A DNA stretch of 64,000 bases from Bacillota bacterium (GTDB taxonomy: Bacteria; Bacillota; Clostridia; Lachnospirales; Lachnospiraceae). The notes beneath the pieces are model-generated. The model was not told where the DNA came from, searched no databases, and worked only from the letters and a program-made list of their open reading frames with translations. The stretch is from contig JAEYSV010000042.1 in assembly GCA_023434365.1 (NCBI GenBank), positions 23,546-87,545 on the forward strand, written 5' to 3'. This document shows, one piece after another, positions 1 to 9,393 of this stretch. Positions within the stretch are counted from its first letter, which is position 1; every line of letters starts with the position of its first letter. The translations under genes were made by a program, and so were the position numbers.

Positions 1-512
1 CTCTCCCCATATGCCTCAAGAAAACGTTTCATAATCTCATAGCTTCCATGTACAGAAAAACCAAGATGACGAATACGCCCATTTTCTTTTTGCTTAATCA
101 AATAATCGTATATTCCATATTTCGGTTCAAGATATGCATCAATGTTCATTTCACATACATTGTGAAATAAATAAAAGTCAAAATACTCTACTCCACATTT
201 TTTGAGCTGTTCTTCAAAAATCATTTCCACCTTAGCCCAATTGGCAAGATCGTATCCTGGAAATTTGGTTGCCAGATAATAGCTATTTCTTGGATATTGG
301 CTTAGTGCTTTTCCAATAACGATCTCGGACTGTCCATCATGATATCCCCATGCGGTGTCATAGTAATTAATTCCATGATTCATTGCATAATCAACCATTT
401 TTTGAGTTTCTTTTTCATCAATTTTTGAGAAATCTCCATCAATAATTGGAAGGCGCATTGCCCCCATTCCTAAAGCAGATAGCTTTAACTCTTGAAATTC
501 TTTGTATATCAT
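1..512 (-). CDS. Aldo/keto reductase, 5' part only (runs off window start)
   Basis: Translated by hand from ATG at 512 (RBS AAAGGAG upstream): MIYKEFQELKLSALGMGAMRLP...GINYYDTAWGYHDGQSE...LATKFP...YLFHNV, the AKR N-terminal motifs. Absent from the ORF track because it has no stop in the window. Confidence 0.9.
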   Translation of the reverse strand, partial: MIYKEFQELKLSALGMGAMRLPIIDGDFSKIDEKETQKMVDYAMNHGINYYDTAWGYHDGQSEIVIGKALSQYPRNSYYLATKFPGYDLANWAKVEMIFEEQLKKCGVEYFDFYLFHNVCEMNIDAYLEPKYGIYDYLIKQKENGRIRHLGFSVHGSYEIMKRFLEAYGE

Positions 513-603
513 TTTACTTACTCCTTTCATTTACCCGTATATATTAATTATAATTTTTAATAAAAGAGGATAATTTTATGTCTTTCATTATAGGAATTAA
601 CTG

Positions 604-1755
604 TCATGAATATTTTCTAATCGAAATGAATTGTATAAACATAATTGCTAAACTTGTCATTAACGTAATAAAAACAATATTTTGAATTCCATGTTGTTTA
701 ATGACGACCACAGCCAAACTCGAACCTAATGCACTACCTAATTGAATCGCTGAACTATTAATGCTAATCATGAAACTAGATTTGTTCTGCGTCACTTGGA
801 CGATTCCAGTGTTGATTTGTAAACCTGTGAACCAGGCACTCATTAACCAAAATATCGCAAAAAGTACACTTAACCACTTTACGGGTTGAGAGACAAATAT
901 TAAAAGTATCGATGCCGTTTGTAGCACAGCACCCAGTAACAACGATTTGGCGTATCCTATTCGATCAGATACATAACCACCGATCAAATTACCAGTGAAA
1001 CTAGCAATTCCTAATAGTAACAGAATTAGACTCATAACAACTTCAATCGTTGGAAATAGTTGCAGTAAATAAGGAGTTATGTAGGTATAAAATGCACCAT
1101 AACCCACAAACATGATTAGTGAATATATAATGACCAATACCGTCTTACCTTCCTTAAAAAATCTAAGTTCCTTGATTAGATTCAGTTTTGTAGATTCATG
1201 GTTCCCTTTAGGAAGATATAGTTTAAAGTAAATCAGCGACATAATCATAATGATATTCAATATCCAGAAAATACTACGCCACTCAAAGATGGATGATAAA
1301 GCACGTGTCAGCGGAATACCAATTACAAGAGCTAAGGAGTTACCCATGATGTATAAAGCCAGAGAACGACCTTGTCTTTCTTTGGTAGAAAGTGCTACAA
1401 CCGTAGAAGTAGCTAATACTCCATAACTATTAGCGGTAATCCCCATAATAAGTCTAATAAGAAGCAATTGTCCAAAGTCTTTTGTAAACACTAGTGCTAT
1501 TGTCATGAGAATTGTTATAAATAGCATAATTTGCAACATCATGATACGTTCAACTTTCCTGAAAACAATCAATATAATGGGTACGCCGAATGCAGCACCA
1601 TACGCATACATTGTATTCAATAAACCAGCATTAGCTACCGAAGTATTGAGCGAATCAGCTACGATATCCAAGATACCGTTAAACACAACAGAAGTCATTG
1701 CAAGCACAAAACTCATCAAGGTTAAAACCAATAAAGTTATTTTTGTATTTCTCAT
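604..1755 (-). CDS. MFS transporter (DHA1/PbuE-like efflux)
   Basis: 383 aa, about 12 hydrophobic segments, MFS motif GGYVSDRIG. Confidence 0.88.
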   Translation of the reverse strand: MRNTKITLLVLTLMSFVLAMTSVVFNGILDIVADSLNTSVANAGLLNTMYAYGAAFGVPIILIVFRKVERIMMLQIMLFITILMTIALVFTKDFGQLLLIRLIMGITANSYGVLATSTVVALSTKERQGRSLALYIMGNSLALVIGIPLTRALSSIFEWRSIFWILNIIMIMSLIYFKLYLPKGNHESTKLNLIKELRFFKEGKTVLVIIYSLIMFVGYGAFYTYITPYLLQLFPTIEVVMSLILLLLGIASFTGNLIGGYVSDRIGYAKSLLLGAVLQTASILLIFVSQPVKWLSVLFAIFWLMSAWFTGLQINTGIVQVTQNKSSFMISINSSAIQLGSALGSSLAVVVIKQHGIQNIVFITLMTSLAIMFIQFISIRKYS

Positions 1756-1786
1756 ATTGTTCTCCTCAGTATGTATTCATATAACT

Positions 1787-1817
1787 ATCATACAACTTAA
1801 ACCTAACTTTAGGTCAA
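1787..1817 (-). promoter_or_regulatory. MerR-type promoter/operator for the MFS-AKR unit
   Basis: Minus strand TTGACC-19 bp-TATGAT with dyad ACCTAA-AG-TTAGGT starting in the -35 and running through the spacer. A 19-bp spacer is the MerR hallmark. Confidence 0.75.
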
Positions 1818-1958
1818 TAGTTTTATTTGACGTTTTTGCATGCGTTTTACGTTTTCATTAACTATTGCTAAAACTAAAGTGATTACATCACAGAACTGTT
1901 AATAATTATCTGCTATTATCTAGACAGAGATTAAAACTAAAACTATAAGAGGTGAGAC

Positions 1959-2522
1959 ATGAAAAATCACAAATTATTATATTTATTAACAATAACATTT
2001 TTTATACTTGGGTTTGTTAATATACATTTTTCTTTATTAGGTATCATTTGCATGACCTTACCAATTATTTTGGTATTTAAGGACCGAAAGAAAACCTGGT
2101 GTCAGTCATACTGCCCAAGAGCAAGCCTATATACTACTCTAGGCAAAAAGAAAAGATGGACTTCACTAAAGACCCCACAATACTTTATAAGTGGAAACAT
2201 GAAATGGATAGTTTTAACGTACTTTGGAATGAGTCTATTTATTATCCTCATGACAACTTTGAGGGTATCTTTGGGTATGATGCCTTCAATGAATTATTTA
2301 AGATTTTTAATCGTAATTCCTCTTCCATTTAAAATGCCACAATTATTTGAAATAATGGAGGTGGCACCATGGCTGACTCATTTATCATATCGTTTCTATT
2401 CAATGATGATGACGACAACCATCCTCGGATTTATATTAGCTATGGTATACAAACCAAGAACTTGGTGTACCATATGTCCAATAGCAACAATATCAGATGA
2501 AATATTGAAAAGGAAGGATTGA
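1959..2522 (+). CDS. Membrane 4Fe-4S-binding protein (Fer4_5/NapH-like)
   Basis: Hydrophobic protein with two WCxxxCP/WCxxCP motifs (WCQSYCP, WCTICP). Confidence 0.75.
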   Translation: MKNHKLLYLLTITFFILGFVNIHFSLLGIICMTLPIILVFKDRKKTWCQSYCPRASLYTTLGKKKRWTSLKTPQYFISGNMKWIVLTYFGMSLFIILMTTLRVSLGMMPSMNYLRFLIVIPLPFKMPQLFEIMEVAPWLTHLSYRFYSMMMTTTILGFILAMVYKPRTWCTICPIATISDEILKRKD

Positions 2523-3769
2523 TGATTACGAACAATCGAATCGGCTATGCCTGTACTCCCATTTCCATACCCTATAAAACCTCAAGAAGTTTTATTCTTA
2601 AGAATTTTCAAGAAGATATTTTTAGGGAATGCGTTAGGGACAACCTAAATAATTTGCTGAACATACTCAAATGGAACGTTGATCATAACATATACCTTTT
2701 TCGAATAAGCTCCGATATCATTCCTTTTGGAAGCCATTCGGTTAATAACATAGAGTGGTGGGAGATTTTTAAAGAAGAGCTTACAACCATCGGGACCTTT
2801 ATTAGAGAAAACAAAATCAGGGTATCTATGCACCCTGGTCAATACACTGTTCTTAATTCCCCAAAAAGCGAAGTAATTCACAATAGTCTAGCAGATTTGG
2901 AGTATCATTGCAGATTTTTAGATTCATTGAACGTTGACTACTCTAACAAAATAATACTTCACGTAGGTGGTGTCTACGAAGACAAGAATATAGCAATTAG
3001 GAGGTTTGTTGAAAACTTTCCCAAGCTCTCTATTTCTGCGCAGAAGAGACTTGTACTGGAAAATGATGATAAGAGCTATACGATTGAGGATGTATTAGGC
3101 ATTTGTCACCACCTTCAGATACCCGCTGTCTTTGACAACCTCCATCACAAGCTTAATCCAAGCAACCAAGAATGGATGAAAATCATCGCTTGTGTAAATG
3201 ATACTTGGAAAGAGGGGGATGGCAGGGTCAAGTTTCATTATTCGGACCAGGATTTAGTAAAAAAAGGAGGAGCCCACTCAAAGTCTGTAGAAACAGCAAA
3301 CTTTTTAAATTATATGGAAAGCATAAAGGGGTTTGATGCAGATGTAATGCTAGAAGTGAAAGATAAGGAGATATCGGCGATAAAGTGTATCTACGCCTTA
3401 GATAAGTGTTTGCCTGTCTCGAAAAGAACAGAGCAATGGGCAAAGTACAAATACTCTGTTATGGAAAAAAACTATTCCTTTTACAAAAAATGTAGCACCC
3501 TCATTAATTCAGAGACTCCACTTTCTGAAGTATATATTTACATGGATAGATGCCTAAGTATGCCCTTTCATGTAGGCAGCTTTGTGAACACTGCCCAACA
3601 CGTATATGGATACGTAAAAGACAGAGTCACTGATAAGGAAAAAGAAAACTTTAACACCTTATTAAGCGATCCCTTAGAAAATAAAGATAAGATAAAGAAC
3701 TATCTAAAAAAGCTTTGTAAGAAATATGATATTACGTATATGAACCAATCTTATTACTTTATTTTGTAA
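2519..3769 (+). CDS. uvsE: UV damage endonuclease UvsE/UVDE fused to a C-terminal DUF1722-like domain
   Basis: RIGYAC, FRISSDIIPF, SMHPGQY, LENDD, FDNLHH, GAHS, MLEVKDKE motifs. C-terminal WAKYKYSVM...NTAQHVYGY. Start overlaps the upstream stop (TGATG). Confidence 0.9.
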   Translation: MMITNNRIGYACTPISIPYKTSRSFILKNFQEDIFRECVRDNLNNLLNILKWNVDHNIYLFRISSDIIPFGSHSVNNIEWWEIFKEELTTIGTFIRENKIRVSMHPGQYTVLNSPKSEVIHNSLADLEYHCRFLDSLNVDYSNKIILHVGGVYEDKNIAIRRFVENFPKLSISAQKRLVLENDDKSYTIEDVLGICHHLQIPAVFDNLHHKLNPSNQEWMKIIACVNDTWKEGDGRVKFHYSDQDLVKKGGAHSKSVETANFLNYMESIKGFDADVMLEVKDKEISAIKCIYALDKCLPVSKRTEQWAKYKYSVMEKNYSFYKKCSTLINSETPLSEVYIYMDRCLSMPFHVGSFVNTAQHVYGYVKDRVTDKEKENFNTLLSDPLENKDKIKNYLKKLCKKYDITYMNQSYYFIL

Positions 3770-3974
3770 TAAGCATTTGAATTTCTTATAAGGGAGTTGC
3801 TAATCTAGGCCTCTTTATGATCTACTTATTGGATTCTCTAAGAGTTCAATGGACGTAGTGTCATAATTTATCAAACCATCCTCCCTACCAAGAATCTATT
3901 GAGAAATGTCCATCAAAAGCAATCAGCTTGAATAAAAATGAACTTTGCTGACAAAACTGAGATTCTGCTTACAA

Positions 3975-4100
3975 TTATATAAAACATTCTCTACTATCCG
4001 CTGCAAACTCATTAAAGGTTCTAGGCTTTTTCCCTGTTAATTGTGCGAATTCATTCGTTACCATTTTTGCTGTACCCATTCTTATAAAAGGATAATTCTC
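3975..4100 (-). pseudogene. C-terminal remnant of an NmrA-like/SDR protein
   Basis: Hand translation YPFIRMGTAKMVTNEFAQLTGKKPRTFNEFAADSRECFI*, resembling the NmrA-family tail (..VT..F.QLTG..PRTF.EFA.D). No 5' part is present. Confidence 0.6.
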
Positions 4101-4138
4101 TTCTGTCAATGAGTGGAATCCAAAACCCTCCGTACACT

Positions 4139-4185
4139 AAAGACCCTCAAAGTCAAGAAGTATAATCTTTACTTTGAGGGTCTTT
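4139..4185. terminator. Intrinsic terminator downstream of the sugar ABC operon
   Basis: Perfect 15-bp inverted repeat AAAGACCCTCAAAGT / ACTTTGAGGGTCTTT. Confidence 0.8.
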
Positions 4186-4210
4186 ATAATATATTATTAG
4201 TTTATTCAAA

Positions 4211-5284
4211 TCATACGCGTTTCTTCTTTCTTGAACAAATGACACTCTGAAGTACAATAAAGAAGCATAACATTGCTGCACGTGTAATCTGTGACCACCA
4301 CGGATCCTGACTGCCTATTGCGGTAACAACAAGCAATACAATTCCACTTGCTAATACGCCAAATAAGGTACCGAAAACATTACCTACGCCGCCGGTAAGC
4401 AGGGTTCCGCCGATAATGGAAGCAGCAATCGCATCCATTTCAAGGCCTGTTGCCTGCTGAACCGAACCAGAGCGCGTATGGAAAAGATATAAGAATCCGC
4501 CAATACCTGCCAGCAGACCACATAGCAGATGAGCATAAAATTTAGTTCTCTTAACGTTTATACCGAGCATCAAAGCGCTTTGTGCATTACCACCAACAGC
4601 ATAAAAGCTACGTCCGAGTTTTGTTTTCTTCAGCACCCAGTACACGATACAAACTATTATAATTGCTACGATAACGCCATACTCTAACTTTGATTGAATA
4701 AAAACTCCCTTCTTGTTGACATCACCTAAAAAAGGAATCAGTATTCTCTCTCCTGACAGCTGCTCAAAACCTGGGTTTGCGACCTGTATCTGATTAACTT
4801 CTATCAGCGCGACTAAACCTCGACCTAAAAACATGCCTGCCAAGGTGACGATAAAGGGCTGCATCTCCAGATACGCTATCAAGAACCCTTGAATCGCACC
4901 GAAAGTTAGACCAATCGCCAAGGCCAGTATCAGCGCTGTATAAAAGTTGAAACCCTGATTGTTAAGACAAACAATGCAGGATGTGCAAATTAGTGCAGTA
5001 GAACCTCCTACGCTAATATCTATACTACCAGTTATCATAACAAGCGTAAGTCCACATGCTATGACAATCAGCGCAGCATTTTCGTTAAAGAGGTTAAAAA
5101 ACATCTGGATTTTGTTAAATCCTTTATCTCCAAGGAATGCTATGGAGAGTGCATAGATTACAATAAATAGTGTGATTGTAATTGTCAGTAAAAACGCTGT
5201 ATCAGTCAGTGACTCTTTACGTTTTTGTTTATTCAAACCAACTAAAGTGTTATTACTACCTTTGGCTTTCTTCAAAAATGGCAT
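4211..5284 (-). CDS. Sugar ABC transporter permease (YjfF-like)
   Basis: ITGSIDISVG, GRSFYAVGGN, EMDAIAASIIGGTLLTGG motifs. Confidence 0.9.
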   Translation of the reverse strand: MPFLKKAKGSNNTLVGLNKQKRKESLTDTAFLLTITITLFIVIYALSIAFLGDKGFNKIQMFFNLFNENAALIVIACGLTLVMITGSIDISVGGSTALICTSCIVCLNNQGFNFYTALILALAIGLTFGAIQGFLIAYLEMQPFIVTLAGMFLGRGLVALIEVNQIQVANPGFEQLSGERILIPFLGDVNKKGVFIQSKLEYGVIVAIIIVCIVYWVLKKTKLGRSFYAVGGNAQSALMLGINVKRTKFYAHLLCGLLAGIGGFLYLFHTRSGSVQQATGLEMDAIAASIIGGTLLTGGVGNVFGTLFGVLASGIVLLVVTAIGSQDPWWSQITRAAMLCFFIVLQSVICSRKKKRV

Positions 5285-5285
5285 A

Positions 5286-6392
5286 CTAACTCCGCTCCCT
5301 TCCCTGGCCTACCATCAATCTGGATAATGTAACACGATTGCTGAAAAAACTCTTGACCACCGGTGCCTGAATGGCTACAAGTAATATAATAATCACGGCT
5401 TTAAAGACAGGAACGGCATTGGTATTGACGTTAAGAGTGGTCAGCATAGAGGTCAGCGTCTGGATGGTATAGGCTCCGATAATTGAGCCAACCATATTGA
5501 ATTTGCCTCCTCCTAGTGAATTACCGCCAAGAGCAACTGCCAATATAACATCCATTTCAATACTAGGCACGATTGTATATGGATTAACCGTTTGTACCCT
5601 GCTTGACTGTACAAAACCGGCAATACCAACGCAAAGTCCTAGAATAACAAAGGTTAAGAATTTGATAAGTGCTGGATGCAGCCCATTTAGGCTAGATGAT
5701 TTATCATTGATTCCCACTGCCTTGGTATATAGACCAAGATTGGTCTTTTTTAATGCGAGATATGTAATTGCAACCACAACAATTGTAATGATGATTGGCG
5801 TAGGGATAGGAAATCCCGGAATAAAGTTACCGTAATACCCAAACGAACTTGCAGCTTTTGGCTTAAGTCCGCCCATCGCCATAGAGCCGATTGATCGCCC
5901 TGCAGTAAAGAGAATAAGCGTTGCTACCATAGGCTGTATCTTAAATTTAGATACAAGAATTCCGTTAAAGGCGCCACAAGCCATACCAGCTAGGCAGCCG
6001 AGTAAGAGTGCAACTATGATTGGTGCATGCAGCTCAGTAGGCTGTGTTTCGTTTCCACACAGTACTCGCATAATCACTCCGCCAACTATCGCGACAGTAG
6101 CGCCTACACTGATATCCTGGCCTCTGGAAGATGACGTAACGAGAGTCATTCCGATAGCAAGAATGACAAGCTCCGTCGCGTTGTTAATAATATTGATTAA
6201 ATTACCTATTAGTACAGGGTTACCGGCACTGTCTTTACCCAAGCTAATTCTAAGAAAGCCCGGATTGATAAACACATTGAGTAATAAAAGAAAGGCAAGA
6301 AACGCAATGGGAATAAACAATTTGTGTCCGGTCAATGTTTTAAGAATCGATGCCTTTTGCCCATTATTAAGTTTGTTATTGTTTTTCGACAT
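5286..6392 (-). CDS. Sugar ABC transporter permease (YtfT-like)
   Basis: DISVG, IQPMVATL, EMDVILAVALGG motifs. Confidence 0.9.
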   Translation of the reverse strand: MSKNNNKLNNGQKASILKTLTGHKLFIPIAFLAFLLLLNVFINPGFLRISLGKDSAGNPVLIGNLINIINNATELVILAIGMTLVTSSSRGQDISVGATVAIVGGVIMRVLCGNETQPTELHAPIIVALLLGCLAGMACGAFNGILVSKFKIQPMVATLILFTAGRSIGSMAMGGLKPKAASSFGYYGNFIPGFPIPTPIIITIVVVAITYLALKKTNLGLYTKAVGINDKSSSLNGLHPALIKFLTFVILGLCVGIAGFVQSSRVQTVNPYTIVPSIEMDVILAVALGGNSLGGGKFNMVGSIIGAYTIQTLTSMLTTLNVNTNAVPVFKAVIIILLVAIQAPVVKSFFSNRVTLSRLMVGQGRERS

Positions 6393-7902
6393 TTTGACTT
6401 ACTCCCCCCGCTATAGTATACATGATTTTATCCTGAGTCATATCTTCACCCTTTAACTCTCCTACTACATACAGATCACGCATAACAACCAGTCTGGAGC
6501 AGGTACGAAGCATCTCCTCAATCTCTGATGATATAAAGGTGATACTCATACCTTCTGAAGCAAGTTTAAGCACCAGCTTCTGAATTTCCACCTTAGTTCC
6601 TATATCAATACCGCGTGTCGGTTCATCAAGAATAAGATATTCCGGGTGAGTGAGTAGCCAACGGGCAAGAATAACCTTTTGCTGATTCCCTCCGGATAGT
6701 GAGTTGATTGGGGTATCCGCCGAGGCAGTTTTTATACCGAGCAGTTTTATATACTCATCAGCAAAGGCTTGCGCCTGAGCTTTCGTAAATGGTCTGAAAA
6801 AGCCTCTCATCACCTGCAATGCAAGTATGATATTTTCGCGGACTGACAAATCTCCAATAATTCCATCCCGCTTCCGGTCTTCAGAAAGATATCCAATTCC
6901 TTTCTTCATGGCTTTTATAGGTGATGTAATACTGACCTTCTCACCTTTTATCTTCAAATCGCCATTCACAACCTTGTCTGCGCCAAAGATGGCACGCACA
7001 CACTCACTGCGACCTGATCCAAGCAACCCGGCAAATCCAGTTACCTCGCCCTTATAAATTGTAAAATCAAACGGTTTTATTCCTGAAATGCTTGATAGGC
7101 CCTTCGTTTCGACGATAACTTCTCTTACTTCCTCGTTGTCAAGTTGTGCTTCGTTATGTATCTCAGCCAAATCACCAAGTTCCTTACCCATCATTTTGGC
7201 TACAAGCTCCACCTTTGGCAACTCCTGAACCAGGTATTCTCCAACAAGCTCGCCATTACGTAAAACTGTAATCTTATCACATAACTCATACACTTGATCA
7301 AGAAAATGGGTGACAAATATGATACCTACACCTCTACCTTTAAGTTCACGCATCAATGTAAACAGCTTAGAGACCTCATGTTCATCTAGCGAGGAGGTAG
7401 GCTCATCAAGTATCAAAACCTTACAGTCCATATCAATCGCACGCGCAATCGCTACCATCTGCTGAACTGCAATAGAGCAGTTTGACAATTGTTCTGTTGG
7501 AGATGCCGGTATTCCCAGGCCTCCTAAAATTGCTTCTGCCCTGTTTTTCATCTTCTTCCAATCAACTATCAAATCATTGGTTCTGCCAATAAATAAATTT
7601 TCAGCTACCGTCAGATTCGGACACAAGGTGATTTCCTGATACACCGTGCTTATCCCAAGCTTTTGGGCTTCCTGAGGCGACTTGATAGTTACTGGCTTAT
7701 CATTTCCTTTAATACTAATCTCTCCGGCATCCTTAGAGTAAACACCTGTCAAAACCTTAATTAAGGTTGACTTCCCCGCACCATTTTCGCCCATCAGTGC
7801 ATGGATTTCACCTTCACGTAGAGTAAAATCTACGTTTTGTAAGGCCCGAACGCCCGGAAAACTCTTATAAATTCCTCTCATAGTAAGTACTGTATCTTGC
7901 AT
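6376..7902 (-). CDS. Sugar ABC transporter ATP-binding protein, two NBDs (YtfR-like)
   Basis: GENGAGKST, ILDEPT twice, LSGGNQQK. Confidence 0.95.
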   Translation of the reverse strand: MQDTVLTMRGIYKSFPGVRALQNVDFTLREGEIHALMGENGAGKSTLIKVLTGVYSKDAGEISIKGNDKPVTIKSPQEAQKLGISTVYQEITLCPNLTVAENLFIGRTNDLIVDWKKMKNRAEAILGGLGIPASPTEQLSNCSIAVQQMVAIARAIDMDCKVLILDEPTSSLDEHEVSKLFTLMRELKGRGVGIIFVTHFLDQVYELCDKITVLRNGELVGEYLVQELPKVELVAKMMGKELGDLAEIHNEAQLDNEEVREVIVETKGLSSISGIKPFDFTIYKGEVTGFAGLLGSGRSECVRAIFGADKVVNGDLKIKGEKVSITSPIKAMKKGIGYLSEDRKRDGIIGDLSVRENIILALQVMRGFFRPFTKAQAQAFADEYIKLLGIKTASADTPINSLSGGNQQKVILARWLLTHPEYLILDEPTRGIDIGTKVEIQKLVLKLASEGMSITFISSEIEEMLRTCSRLVVMRDLYVVGELKGEDMTQDKIMYTIAGGVSQNVEKQ

Positions 7903-7965
7903 AGTAATAATAATCTAACCTCCGTTCATGCACTATTTTTAGACATTATCCTGCATTTTTCTGAT

Positions 7966-8066
7966 ATAGCGAAGCAGAAACTCGCCATCCGCTTCGCTAT
8001 CCTTGATAGGTTAAATGCGCGGTACCAGAATCTGCGAACTATATCCACATACTCGGCGCCGCGCAT
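7966..8066 (-). promoter_or_regulatory. Two intercistronic GC-rich stem-loops between the SBP and ATPase genes
   Basis: ATAGCGAAGCAG/CCGCTTCGCTAT (7966-8000) and ATGCGCGGTACC/GGCGCCGCGCAT (8015-8066). Confidence 0.6.
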
Positions 8067-8167
8067 ATTTGAACAATATCTTACCTTATTCTTCATTGAA
8101 TCACCGGATATTTAAAACCGATCACTCTATCCAAAATATCAGCTTTGCAGTTATTTTTGAAAATGGA

Positions 8168-9208
8168 TTAATAAGAACGTGCATCAACTATTTCTTGTGT
8201 AATGGTAGCACAGTCAAACATTTCCTCGTCAACATAGGCATTCTTATCAACAGTTTCGCCAGCTTCAAGCGCATTAATAAGTTTAACAATACGTGGACCA
8301 TGTAAAGGATTACACTCAACGTCAAGGTTAAATTTGCCTGCAAGAACCTTCTCAAGTGCCCATTTATTAGCATCAAAAGCGATAACCTTTACATCACCAT
8401 CTTTACCATATGTAATACCAGCAGCGTCCATTGCATCACATGCACCACGAGCCATATTATCATTCTCAGCATAAACAACTGTGAATTTAGTTCCACCAGC
8501 GATCAAATCAGCTACAGCCTGTTTCGCAAGAGTTTCATCCCAACCCTTCATGTTTTGGTTGAAAACGATTTCCCAGCCGTTAGCCTTTGCGCCGTCTTCA
8601 ATTGCTTTGGAACGTCCAAGTTGAGCGGATGATCCTGTGTCACCACCAAGTACAACAATCTTGTTTTCAGCAAGTGCTTGACCTTTCAGCCAATCAACAG
8701 CCTTATTGCCTTCTGCTTCGAAGTCAGAGCAAACCATTGCGGTGTAAAGATCTTCTGACAATTCAAGCTTACGGTCAGACATAATAAATGGTATTCCAGC
8801 TTCCTTTGCAGCCTTAGCTACATCTTCCCAACCTGCGGACTGAAGTCCTAAAACAACAAGATAGTCAACCTCTTCTTGGATAAGTTGCTGTGCCTGAGAG
8901 ATTTGTTTTGCATGGTCACCTTCACCAAAAACCATTTTAATCTCGAAACCTGCTTCTGCAAATGCTTCGTTAAATGATTTTGTGTTTGCTGTACGCCAGT
9001 CTGACTCATTAGCGTTTGTTTGTACAACACCAACGGTAACTTTTTTGTCTGTGTCAGGAGCTTTACTAGTATCGGGAGCTTTACTAGCGTCAGCTGATTT
9101 CTCTGGATCCTTAGATGCATCGTCTGCACCTGTACTTGCGCTGTTACCACATGCTGCAAGCGATAACACAAGTGTTAATACCATAATTAATGACAATAAC
9201 TTTTTCAT
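8168..9208 (-). CDS. Sugar ABC substrate-binding lipoprotein (YtfQ-like, galactofuranose/arabinose type)
   Basis: Lipobox LAAC, low-complexity linker, ESDWRTANT, ENDNMA, VECNPLHGP. Confidence 0.9.
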   Translation of the reverse strand: MKKLLSLIMVLTLVLSLAACGNSASTGADDASKDPEKSADASKAPDTSKAPDTDKKVTVGVVQTNANESDWRTANTKSFNEAFAEAGFEIKMVFGEGDHAKQISQAQQLIQEEVDYLVVLGLQSAGWEDVAKAAKEAGIPFIMSDRKLELSEDLYTAMVCSDFEAEGNKAVDWLKGQALAENKIVVLGGDTGSSAQLGRSKAIEDGAKANGWEIVFNQNMKGWDETLAKQAVADLIAGGTKFTVVYAENDNMARGACDAMDAAGITYGKDGDVKVIAFDANKWALEKVLAGKFNLDVECNPLHGPRIVKLINALEAGETVDKNAYVDEEMFDCATITQEIVDARSY

Positions 9209-9393
9209 AAATTTCCTCCAATCATTTTTTAACTCCTTTTATAGAGTTTCTGGTATGTACAAGTATAGTAGTCTTATACAATAAACAATACGGAGATTTT
9301 TCCTAACATTGTAGTATATTTTACTGTGCTTTCTTTTATGGTTCGGTATTGGTTAAGATTTCTATAAATTATGTTTGTTTTTTTACGTTTTAT

